Of a DNA stretch of 56,052 bases, positions 26,827 through 36,636 are shown piece by piece. The stretch is from a virus (taxonomy: Duplodnaviria; Caudoviricetes). The position numbers and the translations under genes are program-made. Below the pieces are notes generated by a model. That model saw only the letters and a list, made by a program, of their open reading frames with translations, had not been told where the DNA came from and searched no databases. The stretch covers positions 1 to 56,052 of IMG/VR virus record IMGVR_UViG_3300005764_000021, one strand, 5' to 3'. The stretch's first letter is position 1. Each line of letters starts with the position of its first letter.

Positions 26827-29800
26827 TTATTCTTCTCCGCCGCCGCTCATCGCTTTAGCTGCAGGCGGCCCTTGGCTCGTTGCTTCCATCTGTTGATGGC
26901 GATGCCACGGCACTTTCTTGAACGGCGCGCCCTGCGTGGTGCTCATCTGGCCTTTCGATTTGATATTCACGTCGACCCTGCCGCTGCCGCGTACCCGATG
27001 AAAGAACCGGCGCGACTGGACCTCGTCCAAGCGCCGCCGTTCTTCCTCTCCAACGGTGTGCGTGCCAGTCACAGTCATCGGTGGCGCTCGCCCGCCCGAA
27101 CCCATTACCGAAGTACTGAGTACGCGCATCGGCGGCGGCGTCGGCCTCGGTCGCGGCAATGGAGCACCAGGTCCAAGCTTCCAAAACGGACGACCCATGC
27201 GCACATTCTCGGCCGCCGCAGCAGCGCCTTGCGCACCGCCGGGGACTTTGGCTGCTGCCTCTGCTTCTCGCTGTCGCTGCAAGGTTTGAGCTAGCAATCG
27301 CTCTTCCATTGCACGATCACGACCAGGGACTGGCGCGCCCGTTGGTAGCTCCAACGTCGTTGTGGGGCCCGCAGTGCTGATGAGAGGTTGCGGTTGCCGT
27401 GCGGCTGTCGCGATTTGAGTTTCACGAGCCTTTTGATCTTGCGCCTTTAATGCAGCCAGATGCTCTGGCCCAAATAACGTATCAATCGAGAAATGCCCGG
27501 TGTCTTTGGTGCGCCAGTGCTCGCCGCCACTCATGCCCCACTTTTGTTCGAGCGCGTTGAGTAATCCGGGGTTCTGGTCAATCCACCGTCGCACGTCAGG
27601 CGCTACGACATCCCGCTTAAGCTGCGCCCAATCTACTGCCATCCCTATAGGATGCTGTGAGGCATTACCTAACCGCGAACCAAAGCCACCGAGCGATTTG
27701 ACCGGAGCACCGGCGGCGATCAAATCGTTAAAGAAGCCCTCGAACTGCGCAGCGGCCCTGGCATTGACAGTGACTCTCTCGCCATTAGCCAACGTGACCG
27801 TTCGTCTCTCGCCGGTTAAAGGGGTTCCCGCAGGCACATTAAAACGACCGCCCGCAGTACCGCGCGGCGTGATGTCGCCCTGCATGGTTGGAACGCTGAG
27901 AAGGCTTACTGCCCCGGCGGCTGTTGCGGTAGGGCCGCCTGTTGTCACCGTCCCGGTCGCGCCGCCTTTTTTTGCTGGCAGATATTGCTGCTGATACCAT
28001 AGCTGCGCTTGTCGCCCGCGACCGATATCGACGCCGTAACGCTCGCCGCTCGGTGAAACATAAGTGACGACGCCGCCGCCGAGGCCCGCAGCGGGTTTGC
28101 CAACCGGCATCAGCGGCCACCCTGGCGCTTGGCTATAGTTGCCGGTCGCGCCGCCTGAAACGTCTGAACCGCCAAGAACAGCATCGACCTCACCGCTTCG
28201 CGTTGCGAGTTCGTTGCCGGAAAATTGCCTGTTATTCATTATTCTGTGCGTTCTGGCCGGGAAGAATTTCTGGTCAGCGAGAATTTGCTTGATGGTTTTC
28301 CCTTCGCTCTTGGCGGCATTCATTACGGATTCAAGAAACGCGACTCTGCCTTGAGAACTGCTATCGTCTTCTGCATCAGCGGCGGCCATCAACCGTCGCC
28401 GCGTCTCCGGGTCTTTCAATTCTTCCGCAAACCCCTTGCGCATGTCGGCGAGCGAATTGTAGGTCTCGTATGAGGCGGGCGGTGCGCCATCGCCGCCGCC
28501 GGTGCCGCCGCCGGTGCCGCCGCCATGTCGACCGGCACGTCCGCCGCCGCGTGTCGCTCTGCCGTAAGGACCGAGCCCACCGGCAGGTCCAGGTCCGGCA
28601 GGTCCGCCGCCGCCCCCTCTGCCCAAGCCGAGAGGTCGCGCGCCCGTGAACGCGCCACCACCGCCAACGCCGCCGCCGCCACCACCGCCAACGCCGCCGC
28701 CAATGCCGCCGCCTGCTGGCACCTCCTCGCCCGACAATATTCGATTGGCGCGCGACAACTGGTCGACCAGCTCCTTGGTCTCCTTGTTCTCTTGTTGCAT
28801 CAGATCGCGGCGCTCGACAGTGCCGGGAGATGGCTCGCCATGCAGTTGCTCAACCCACGGGATATCCGGTTGCCATCGGTTCTTGGGATAATCGCCAGTG
28901 AAGCCTTGGACGCCGCCGGTAAAGTCTTCAGTGCTGACGAGCTGCTGCGGCTTGTTCGGCCCTGCCGACCACCAACTGCCAGCGCGTTTTTGTTTCCAGT
29001 AGTCCTGTAATTGCCTGAAACCTTCCGGCCCAGGCTTGAGCTTCTCGCCCTCTTTCGGACCACCCGGTGGGAATGCTTCGCCCGGCTTGCTCGGTGCCAA
29101 TTCCCTGGCCTTGAAGTTTTTGAGTAGGTTCTCAAGGATCACATTGGCAGCGGATAAGCCCTTGCCAAATTCGGTCTCCATTAGATTCGTTGAAAGGATT
29201 TGAACGATCTCTCGCCATTTCTCGGCGACCTTTGCTTGCTTGTCGGCAATGTCCTCTGCCGCTTTCATCTCCCGTTCCAATATCTTCATTCGCTCCATGG
29301 TAATTTCGTCGATTGGCTGTCGCAGCCTGCGGAAAAGATTAGGAGCGTTCATGCTTTTGTAGATGTCCTCCATCATGGCGGAGGCCTGTCCCGGGGCAAC
29401 CTCCAAGGCCCGTTTTTCAAAGTCTTTAATATATTTCTGCGTCGCTTCGAATAGTTCGGCTGGCTTAGCTTGCAGCTTGTCAAAATCTCTTCCGTAATCT
29501 TCCACAATCTGCCGAAGAGCGGCATCGTCCGCTCGTGAAGCAATCTGGCGTAGCTCTTGGATCAGTTGGCCGCCCTTGCGCGCGGACTCTATTCTGAAGT
29601 GGACGAACTCCCTTTCTGCCTCTTCTCTACTCCAGCCGACACGTCGCGCGAGATTGCCGATCGCATCGATGACCGATGGATGCACCTGGGCCTGTCTTGC
29701 GGCATCGCCGATATCGAGCAACTCTTTGGAAACGCTCGACAGCGCCCGCGACAAGCTCAGCACGGCCAACCCCATCGATCCCGCCGCCGCGCCAGCGACG

Positions 29801-30027
29801 CCCATGGACTGCGCGAGCCTTAGCCATGCTTCCGGTCCTTTGGTGACCGTGTCCAGCAACCGCTTTAACTGAGTGTCGAACTCCTCGGTCCTTTTGCGGA
29901 AATTCTCCAGATTGCCGAGCGCGGATCCGCTGCCGATGTCACGCAGGCTGCGCTTGATCACATCGAGCTGCGCCGTCGCGTTGTCGACGAGCGTGACTTG
30001 CAGTGTGAGTTCGTCGAAGTCTGCCAT
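26827..30027 (-). CDS. tape-measure-like protein 2 with putative SleB-like hydrolase and M15 peptidase domains
   Basis: Helical N-terminus; R...SQHPIGMAVD...DTGHF is an M15 zinc-peptidase pattern; synteny. Confidence 0.75.
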   Translation of the reverse strand: MADFDELTLQVTLVDNATAQLDVIKRSLRDIGSGSALGNLENFRKRTEEFDTQLKRLLDTVTKGPEAWLRLAQSMGVAGAAAGSMGLAVLSLSRALSSVSKELLDIGDAARQAQVHPSVIDAIGNLARRVGWSREEAEREFVHFRIESARKGGQLIQELRQIASRADDAALRQIVEDYGRDFDKLQAKPAELFEATQKYIKDFEKRALEVAPGQASAMMEDIYKSMNAPNLFRRLRQPIDEITMERMKILEREMKAAEDIADKQAKVAEKWREIVQILSTNLMETEFGKGLSAANVILENLLKNFKARELAPSKPGEAFPPGGPKEGEKLKPGPEGFRQLQDYWKQKRAGSWWSAGPNKPQQLVSTEDFTGGVQGFTGDYPKNRWQPDIPWVEQLHGEPSPGTVERRDLMQQENKETKELVDQLSRANRILSGEEVPAGGGIGGGVGGGGGGGVGGGGAFTGARPLGLGRGGGGGPAGPGPAGGLGPYGRATRGGGRAGRHGGGTGGGTGGGDGAPPASYETYNSLADMRKGFAEELKDPETRRRLMAAADAEDDSSSQGRVAFLESVMNAAKSEGKTIKQILADQKFFPARTHRIMNNRQFSGNELATRSGEVDAVLGGSDVSGGATGNYSQAPGWPLMPVGKPAAGLGGGVVTYVSPSGERYGVDIGRGRQAQLWYQQQYLPAKKGGATGTVTTGGPTATAAGAVSLLSVPTMQGDITPRGTAGGRFNVPAGTPLTGERRTVTLANGERVTVNARAAAQFEGFFNDLIAAGAPVKSLGGFGSRLGNASQHPIGMAVDWAQLKRDVVAPDVRRWIDQNPGLLNALEQKWGMSGGEHWRTKDTGHFSIDTLFGPEHLAALKAQDQKARETQIATAARQPQPLISTAGPTTTLELPTGAPVPGRDRAMEERLLAQTLQRQREAEAAAKVPGGAQGAAAAAENVRMGRPFWKLGPGAPLPRPRPTPPPMRVLSTSVMGSGGRAPPMTVTGTHTVGEEERRRLDEVQSRRFFHRVRGSGRVDVNIKSKGQMSTTQGAPFKKVPWHRHQQMEATSQGPPAAKAMSGGGEE

Positions 30028-30036
30028 GGCTTAAGC

Positions 30037-32490
30037 CTAAGACAACAATTCCTGACGGTGACTACGACGAGAGTACCCTTCGCCCAACCAATCTTGGGCC
30101 GCTTCTGTCGCCCTGCCAGACCTCGCCGCGTCATATCTGGCGACCTGGACGCGATTGGCAAACATGCCATCGCCAGAAGCGCGGACATCGACCTCCGGCG
30201 CGTTTTTGCCGATGTTGCCATTGACATGCACATCGAGATTGCCGATTGCATCGATACCAAGATCGGTGGCCATTCCACGGTCGAGCGAGCTACGATTGAT
30301 GTCGCCAGCCTCGCCAACATCGTACTCAGATTCCGGTGCTCCAAGTTTGCTTTCTTCGCGCTCTTTCCTAAGTTCACTGCCGATATACGATCTCTTCTCT
30401 CCGAGCTTGATAATCTCGGGCACGGTTTGCCCAGCTATTTTGGTAGCCCTGAAATAAGGAAATAGCGTTGTTAAAGCCTCCCTGTACTGCTCGTCGGTCA
30501 TGCCTAGCACGCCGCCGACAAAAGTTGGGGCGGAGGGAATAGCTCGCCCGCTGGCTTCCGGCCGCGTCGGGTCCGGGGTCTCGCCCGCGAATTCACGCTG
30601 CTGAAATATGCGTGCAGCACGCTGCGATGGTGTCTCGTTTGCAAGTGCGGCAGCACCCGCTTCCGCTGCGGTTAAAATTGCTTTGCCCGCGCCCGGCTGA
30701 CCGAGCAGTGCTTGTTGCTCTTGCTGCGCTCGCTGTTGCTCGCCCGCAAAAGATGTCCCCGTGACGGTCATCGGCGGCGGGCGAGCAGAGCGCATTTCCG
30801 CCTGCTGTGGCGCAGCCTCACGGGGCGGCAAATCGAGTCCTAATTGCGCAACGTCTTCAATTCCTAATTTCTTAGCCATTTCACCGGCATTTGCCTGACT
30901 CGCCTCTAATTGCTTGGATGCTGCTGCACGTTGCTGCCATCCCATACTCCCGCCTTTTTCCCACTCGGGCCTTCGAATGCCGTATTGACGAAGCTGTTGC
31001 CTGCGCTGCACGTTCTCTGATTCGGCCTGCGATTCCTCGAATGCTCGCACGCCAGCCTCTCCGAGTTGCACGCCATATGTCCACCACGTGGTGGGTTTTT
31101 CTTCCTGAAACGCCGGTTGAGCCCACCATGGTCGGTCGGTCATTCGGACATTCGAAAGTGCACTCGGGCCGATAACTGGGTCAGACCGTGCTTCCGCTGC
31201 AGCGCCACCGCCCGGCTGCGAAGCATCGGATGGGAGTTGCACGGGATTGCTTTCACCTTCTGCGCCGCCCTGCGGTGCGTTGTGAAAAGCTGGCGATAAC
31301 TCCGAGAGTTTCTTTTCCTGGCCCGAGAGCAATGCGTTGAAGCGCCGGAGTTGAGTGATCAATTGAGCGGTGTAATCGAGGTTCTTCTCCCATTCGCCGC
31401 CGAGCAAGCGCTGCGGCTGCGCCTCAGTGCCCTCTTCACGCCGCCGCGTTCCGAGCGCGCCTCCCAACATCGACAGCAACAAATCAAACTGCCACCGCTG
31501 GATCGATCCAGGTCCAAAGGGCCAGACGATTGATGGCCCTTCATCCATTCGCTTCTGCTCGGCTTCCAATCCCTTTCCAATGCCGACTAAACCCCAATTC
31601 ACCAGCTTGACGAGCGCGCCGAGCACCGGATCGCGGGCCACCTCGATGGTAAGCAAGCGCTTGATGGCTTCGAAATTCTCAAACAGCTTCGCCGTCGTTT
31701 CCGCCCAGGACTGTGACGCCGCAATCGTCTTGTCCATCAGCGCTTTGTCTTCCTCGCTGACGGCGATGTATTTGTCGCGCAGCTTCTCGAGTTCGATTGT
31801 GCCAGTCCACACCCTGAGCCATCTCTCGGCTTCTAGTTCTCCTCGTGCCGGATCATGGAAGACATTCGTCAAAGTTTCGCGGATGTTATCTGCGCCCTCC
31901 TTGATCAGATTAAGCTGCTCATGTTGTGGAGCGGCAACAACCCGATTGACCCAATCAGTCACGAACTTTAGCGCTTGCGGATCGCCCTCCAGGCCTTGGT
32001 AAAACGGTTCCCATGCGCCCGGTCGCTTGTTCTTGAGATCAGTGGTTTTCTCGAATACCTCCTGCACGATCTGCATTGTCGCTTCGCGCGAGATGCGAGA
32101 ACGCAATCCGACATTGATCTCCGCTTGCAATTGCGCCGGATGAATACCAATGCGCCGCGCCTGATCGGCGATATCCAGCACCGCCTTGGCTTGTGACGTG
32201 ATGAGATTGACCGATCCTCGGACCATGTCGATGGCGGCTTTGACCGCGAGTGCGCCGCCGGTGAAGATCGCAACGGTGGCAGCAACCGACCGATAAGCAT
32301 CGCCGCGTGATACGCTGGTGAATAGCTCTTTAAGCTCCCTCTCCATGTTGAGGAAGTGCCGCCCCATCACCCGCATGTTGTCGGCTTGCTCTTGGGTGAA
32401 GGTATTGCGGAAACCAACCTTGATCGCTTCAAGGTTCTTTGCCGGGTCACCAGCGACGGTGACCTTAACGCGCATCTCGGTCTCAGCCAC
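30037..32490 (-). CDS. tape-measure-like protein 1
   Basis: Directly after the chaperone frameshift ORF; long helical protein; shares motifs with the downstream gene. Confidence 0.7.
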   Translation of the reverse strand: MAETEMRVKVTVAGDPAKNLEAIKVGFRNTFTQEQADNMRVMGRHFLNMERELKELFTSVSRGDAYRSVAATVAIFTGGALAVKAAIDMVRGSVNLITSQAKAVLDIADQARRIGIHPAQLQAEINVGLRSRISREATMQIVQEVFEKTTDLKNKRPGAWEPFYQGLEGDPQALKFVTDWVNRVVAAPQHEQLNLIKEGADNIRETLTNVFHDPARGELEAERWLRVWTGTIELEKLRDKYIAVSEEDKALMDKTIAASQSWAETTAKLFENFEAIKRLLTIEVARDPVLGALVKLVNWGLVGIGKGLEAEQKRMDEGPSIVWPFGPGSIQRWQFDLLLSMLGGALGTRRREEGTEAQPQRLLGGEWEKNLDYTAQLITQLRRFNALLSGQEKKLSELSPAFHNAPQGGAEGESNPVQLPSDASQPGGGAAAEARSDPVIGPSALSNVRMTDRPWWAQPAFQEEKPTTWWTYGVQLGEAGVRAFEESQAESENVQRRQQLRQYGIRRPEWEKGGSMGWQQRAAASKQLEASQANAGEMAKKLGIEDVAQLGLDLPPREAAPQQAEMRSARPPPMTVTGTSFAGEQQRAQQEQQALLGQPGAGKAILTAAEAGAAALANETPSQRAARIFQQREFAGETPDPTRPEASGRAIPSAPTFVGGVLGMTDEQYREALTTLFPYFRATKIAGQTVPEIIKLGEKRSYIGSELRKEREESKLGAPESEYDVGEAGDINRSSLDRGMATDLGIDAIGNLDVHVNGNIGKNAPEVDVRASGDGMFANRVQVARYDAARSGRATEAAQDWLGEGYSRRSHRQELLS

Positions 32491-32492
32491 AG

Positions 32493-32693
32493 TCAGCCTC
32501 CGCGCGCATCTTCAGCTTCCTGCTGCATGATGCGCGTCAATTGGATCGTGCGGTACAGGTGCAACTGCACCTCACCGAGCGGCATGTTGAGAAAGACTTC
32601 GGGGGAGATTTGATAGAAGCGGGCGAGGCGGTAGCAATCCAAGATCAGGTTCTCGTCGGAACCTACCAAGCCGCCACCTCGGGCAGAAAAAAA
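32493..32693 (-). CDS. -1 frameshift extension of the tail assembly chaperone (gpGT-like)
   Basis: T TTT TTT slippery run at 32693-32687; the -1 frame continues ...SARGGGLVGSDENLILDCYRLARFY... Confidence 0.8.
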   Translation of the reverse strand, partial: FFSARGGGLVGSDENLILDCYRLARFYQISPEVFLNMPLGEVQLHLYRTIQLTRIMQQEAEDARGG

Positions 32694-33121
32694 TTCCTGA
32701 GCCGATAGGCGCAGGAATTCCAATCGCGAGGGTCCATCGTGTCGAGCAGCGGCGAGAGAATACCGGACAGGTTTGCCATGATCAGTGACATCTTCCGCTC
32801 GTCGATGACGACGTCGCCATCGAGATTGATGCGACACGGATTGCCGCAGCGGTTGATATCGCCGCCGGTGGGCTCGCGAAAGACCAGCTCCTTCACGTAC
32901 TCGCCGGTATTGTTGCGGATCGATTTGTGCAAGAGCTTGACGCGGATCGGCCAAGTCTCGGCTGCTGGCGGCGGCGGCGCTTCCTCTATCGGTGGCAACT
33001 CGGGGGTCGCATCGATTTGTGGCGGTGGGCCGTTGTGCTGCGGCCGTGCTGGCGGCTGCTGCGGACCAGGCTTTTGGAAGCCCTCTCGGATGGGTTGGCC
33101 TTGGGTGTCGAAGTCCACCAT
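32663..33121 (-). CDS. tail assembly chaperone (Mu gp41 family)
   Basis: ELVFREPTGGDI...MDPRDW...NFF; lies between tube and tape measure. Confidence 0.9.
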   Translation of the reverse strand: MVDFDTQGQPIREGFQKPGPQQPPARPQHNGPPPQIDATPELPPIEEAPPPPAAETWPIRVKLLHKSIRNNTGEYVKELVFREPTGGDINRCGNPCRINLDGDVVIDERKMSLIMANLSGILSPLLDTMDPRDWNSCAYRLRNFFLPEVAAW

Positions 33122-33130
33122 GTTTCAACC

Positions 33131-33499
33131 TCAGAACAGATTGATTTCGAGACACGTGACGCCTTCCCAACGCACGCGCGCCTGGCCGTCACGAGTATTA
33201 AGTTCGAAGCCACCCTTCACCGTCGCGCCTTGTAAAGTATATTGCTTGCCGTTCGCCAATTGCGCGATGACAGTCGAGTTGACCTGCACGAGCAGGTCTT
33301 CGAAGTTCAGCTCGGGCACTGTGCTGAGATCGCCCTCGATGTAAGGAACGCGAGGCAGCTCTTGATAGCCGTGGACTCCGTCCTGTCCTGCGATCATCGT
33401 TCGTTCGACAGGCGAGGGCGACACGGTGAAGTTGCCGCGAAGGGCATACTGGTTGCCATCCACGGATAGATACGCGATGCCCGCAAATCTTTGGGCCAT
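33131..33499 (-). CDS. tail tube protein (Mu gpM-like)
   Basis: Start moved to ATG 33499 (GGAGA SD); RFAGIAYLSVDG, GQDGVHGYQE, LANGKQY. Confidence 0.9.
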   Translation of the reverse strand: MAQRFAGIAYLSVDGNQYALRGNFTVSPSPVERTMIAGQDGVHGYQELPRVPYIEGDLSTVPELNFEDLLVQVNSTVIAQLANGKQYTLQGATVKGGFELNTRDGQARVRWEGVTCLEINLF

Positions 33500-33613
33500 G
33501 GCGGTTCTCCATGCGCCCACCGCAAAGGCACGAGACCGCAAACGTGGTCGGCGCGGCGAGCCCGTGCGGTACGGGCTTTTCGGCGGCCAGACCTAGCCGC
33601 GCCGGTTGCTTTG

Positions 33614-35446
33614 TCAGAGTGTCGGGACAGTCGGCAGAATGCCGGTCACGCCGATGTTCGCCGGATTTGGACCTATGATCTGGGTATCGATGCCCCTATC
33701 ATATTGCAGTCTAAACTGGGCTAATACCGCGAATACCCTTAACTGGTTTATGAGGTCAGGAGGATAAAGGACATTAACGCGGTTGGGGTCATTAGGGTCC
33801 CGTTCGACTATAAGGTGCTGTTTGAATGCGGTTAGGTTTTCGACCAAACCGTTCCACATATCCATAACGTATTCCGCAACAAGCTCACCTTTGATGATAC
33901 CCGGGGTGACTATAGCTTGGCCCGGCCCGAAACGAGTCCCATCATCAGCTAGCTTGCACCTAGGATACTTGGACGTTATGACATACCTTTGGTTACGTAT
34001 TAGCCTGGCTAAGGTCGCCAAGGTAGTGACTAATTCATAAGCATCGTCCGTATACCCATATAGGTTAAGCTGGTATGTGGTGGTTTCTCGACTAATCATC
34101 GGCTGGTTATCCGACCCAGCCTTTTGAGTAGCGATGCCATTACCGGCCAGCGAGTTCAGCTCGATGGTATCAAACCGGTCCTGCAACGGCGCAAGCTTCA
34201 CCGTATTGAGCGAGAGCGTCTGCAACGGCCTGGCGGGATCGTTGATCAACGCCCTCTGGGCCTTTGCAACATAGCTGGCGACCCAGTCGCCGATCCATGA
34301 CGGCGACGTCAATTCCACGCCCATGATCGAAGTCACGCCACTGTTGCGGGTCTGGCCGAAGGTCACCAGATTGGCATAGGTATCTCGGCGGGCGGCAAAC
34401 AGATGCCCGTAAAGCTGTCTTCGCCAACCCCAGCGACCTGTATCGCTGAAGCCATATTCCATCTCGAAGACTTGCAGCGAAGTGGAATCGGTGTACGGCA
34501 AGCCGACATATTCGAACGGCTTCTCACCCATATTGCTGATGGCTTGGGTGAAGTCCGGCACGCCGGTGCCGCCGCTGAGAAAGCCTGCAGGCCCAGCCGG
34601 ATTCTGGAACGTCAACGCCGCAGCCGAAGCCGTGGTCGCCACGCTCGTGGTGTAGACGCCAGCGCCGCCGGTCGTGCCGGATTGCTGGTTGGTGATCTTC
34701 GTACCGGCAGGCACGCCGGTGCCCGTGATGACCGAGCCAACCTGAATGTTGCCGGTCACCGCGCTCATGGTCAGATTGATGCCCGAAGCCGTTCCCGTGC
34801 CGCTCGCAGTCGTTCCCGCCGCACCGGCAGGCAGGGCAACGCCAAGGCCTTGCGGTGTTTGCTCGCCGCCAATCGTCCCGTAAAAATTCAGATCGACGCG
34901 GATATCGTTGCCGGTCACGCTCTTCCAGCGACACGTCAGCGTCACCACGCCCGCCGCCGATGTTGCCGTCACCGGCAGATCGGGCCACGTGACATTGACC
35001 TCGTACACGATTGCCGATGCGATGCTGGTCGGCGTGTCCGAGGCCGCGATATTCACCGGCACATGCTGACCGGCGATATACAAATGGATCGTGCCAGCTT
35101 GCAAGTTCGCTGGCGTCGGCACGGTGATTGTGATCGTGCCGCTCGCTGCCACCGCACCGCCGGGCTCGGGGACGCCCAGGCCCCACACCTCGTTCGCGAA
35201 GTTGTTGGCATAAAAACTTTTGAAGAGCCGCGACAGCTCCGAGCCGATGCCGAAGTGATCGTCGGCCTGGCTCTGCGTGCCGACGGCAATCGGCACTTGC
35301 GGCGTCGCGTGGCCGAGCGACGTCATGCATCCAATCAGCAACGAGGGCTGATGGATCATCGGGAGCCCGGCTTGCGAAGGATCGACCTCAACCCAATACA
35401 ACGGGATGCGGAGATCGGCGGGGATGTTGTTAAAGCTAATAGGCAT
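33614..35446 (-). CDS. contractile tail sheath protein (Mu gpL-like)
   Basis: ISFNNIP...PLYWVEVD N-terminus; KLADDG...IVTP...RVNVLYPPDLINQLRVFA C-terminus. Confidence 0.95.
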   Translation of the reverse strand: MPISFNNIPADLRIPLYWVEVDPSQAGLPMIHQPSLLIGCMTSLGHATPQVPIAVGTQSQADDHFGIGSELSRLFKSFYANNFANEVWGLGVPEPGGAVAASGTITITVPTPANLQAGTIHLYIAGQHVPVNIAASDTPTSIASAIVYEVNVTWPDLPVTATSAAGVVTLTCRWKSVTGNDIRVDLNFYGTIGGEQTPQGLGVALPAGAAGTTASGTGTASGINLTMSAVTGNIQVGSVITGTGVPAGTKITNQQSGTTGGAGVYTTSVATTASAAALTFQNPAGPAGFLSGGTGVPDFTQAISNMGEKPFEYVGLPYTDSTSLQVFEMEYGFSDTGRWGWRRQLYGHLFAARRDTYANLVTFGQTRNSGVTSIMGVELTSPSWIGDWVASYVAKAQRALINDPARPLQTLSLNTVKLAPLQDRFDTIELNSLAGNGIATQKAGSDNQPMISRETTTYQLNLYGYTDDAYELVTTLATLARLIRNQRYVITSKYPRCKLADDGTRFGPGQAIVTPGIIKGELVAEYVMDMWNGLVENLTAFKQHLIVERDPNDPNRVNVLYPPDLINQLRVFAVLAQFRLQYDRGIDTQIIGPNPANIGVTGILPTVPTL

Positions 35447-35552
35447 GGAGGGACCTCCATCTTTGGGAATGGCGCGTCGTCACGACGGGCCGAGCGATCT
35501 GGTCCCGCAGTTCAGATCGTTTTCAGTGCAAGCGCAGATGCGGGGATTTGCG

Positions 35553-35912
35553 CTATTCGCTTTTCGCCGAGGCGCGAGCGCGCGGGCCGCCGCCGGAATG
35601 CTCGGTCCTAAGCTCGACGTCTTGCGTCTCGACGGTGACATCGCCGTCGCGCAGACGGCGGATGGTGAAGCGGTCGAGTGGCCACTCGGCCGAGCCCTGA
35701 TCGCGGAAGCCGATTTTGCTCGGCTCGTGCTTGAGAAATTTGCGCATGAGCGGGGTCGACGGCACCACGCGCACGCGCGCCGTCGCATTGGCCGCCGCAA
35801 TCGCAGCCAGGCGTTCCGGGTCGGCCTTCTTGCCGTACTGCGCCTGACGCGCGATTTGCTGGCTGACCTTGCGCTGCTGATACTGCGCCGTTTTGAGATC
35901 GATGGTTGCCAT
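35553..35912 (-). CDS. Mu gp38/DUF2635-like small protein
   Basis: WPLDRFTIRRLRDGDV motif, immediately upstream of the sheath; AAGGAG SD. Confidence 0.7.
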   Translation of the reverse strand: MATIDLKTAQYQQRKVSQQIARQAQYGKKADPERLAAIAAANATARVRVVPSTPLMRKFLKHEPSKIGFRDQGSAEWPLDRFTIRRLRDGDVTVETQDVELRTEHSGGGPRARASAKSE

Positions 35913-35931
35913 GGTGGCTTCTCCTTCCGCG

Positions 35932-36636
35932 TTATGGTGGTTTTGGTCCCGTCAACGGCGGCACGACGTAGTCGGGATTGAACTGGTAAACGACATCCAC
36001 GTGCTGGACTTCATTCGGATCCGTCGGCGGCGGGTTGAACGGATATTCAGTCATGACGATGGTCTTGAGATCGTCGAAGTTGGTCGGATACCACTCGCTG
36101 CGGATCGTGTAGGTCAGCTCGATCAATTGCATGCCGATTGGCGTTTCGTTTTTCGAGTCGCGCCCCCAGTCCGGCGACGGGATGTTCAATCGCGGAAAGC
36201 CTTCGATGCGGACGTTGTCCGGGATCGTCGTCTTCAAATGATTGGTCAGCGTGTTGTCGCGCAGGAGCTGGTTGAGGACGAACCATTTGGCCTGATCGAG
36301 CTTGGCCTGCATCGCAACCGGGTCGTTGTTCTTCACCACGATTTGCATACCGACCGGCACAGTGTGCTGCAGCCGGATGTCGCCCGCGTTGGGATCCCCG
36401 TCGGCGGTAGCAAGCTCGCGTCCGAGATAAATTCCAATCGACGGGATTTGATATCCGGCCTCGATGGGCAGCGCTCGGGTGATGCGCTTGATGGCGAAAC
36501 CCTGGAAGAACGACGAGGCCACCAGGCGGTCGTAGATCGCATTGAGGATGATCCACGAATAGCTTTGGGTATCGCTGATGCCGCCGGTGCCGGTCCACGG
36601 CACGTCACGCGTCTGGCGGCCATCGCCGTTGCTCAT
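35932..36636 (-). CDS. putative tail terminator/completion protein
   Basis: Synteny; IPSIGIYLGRE motif; start moved to ATG 36636 (ATGA overlap). Confidence 0.65.
   Translation of the reverse strand: MSNGDGRQTRDVPWTGTGGISDTQSYSWIILNAIYDRLVASSFFQGFAIKRITRALPIEAGYQIPSIGIYLGRELATADGDPNAGDIRLQHTVPVGMQIVVKNNDPVAMQAKLDQAKWFVLNQLLRDNTLTNHLKTTIPDNVRIEGFPRLNIPSPDWGRDSKNETPIGMQLIELTYTIRSEWYPTNFDDLKTIVMTEYPFNPPPTDPNEVQHVDVVYQFNPDYVVPPLTGPKPP

Noticed and set aside
34403-35611. Long + strand ORFs opposite late genes (also 47807-48943, 51213-52223, 44274-45272)
   Set aside because: Shadow ORFs expected from high-GC codon bias; Arg/Ala-rich with no recognisable motifs
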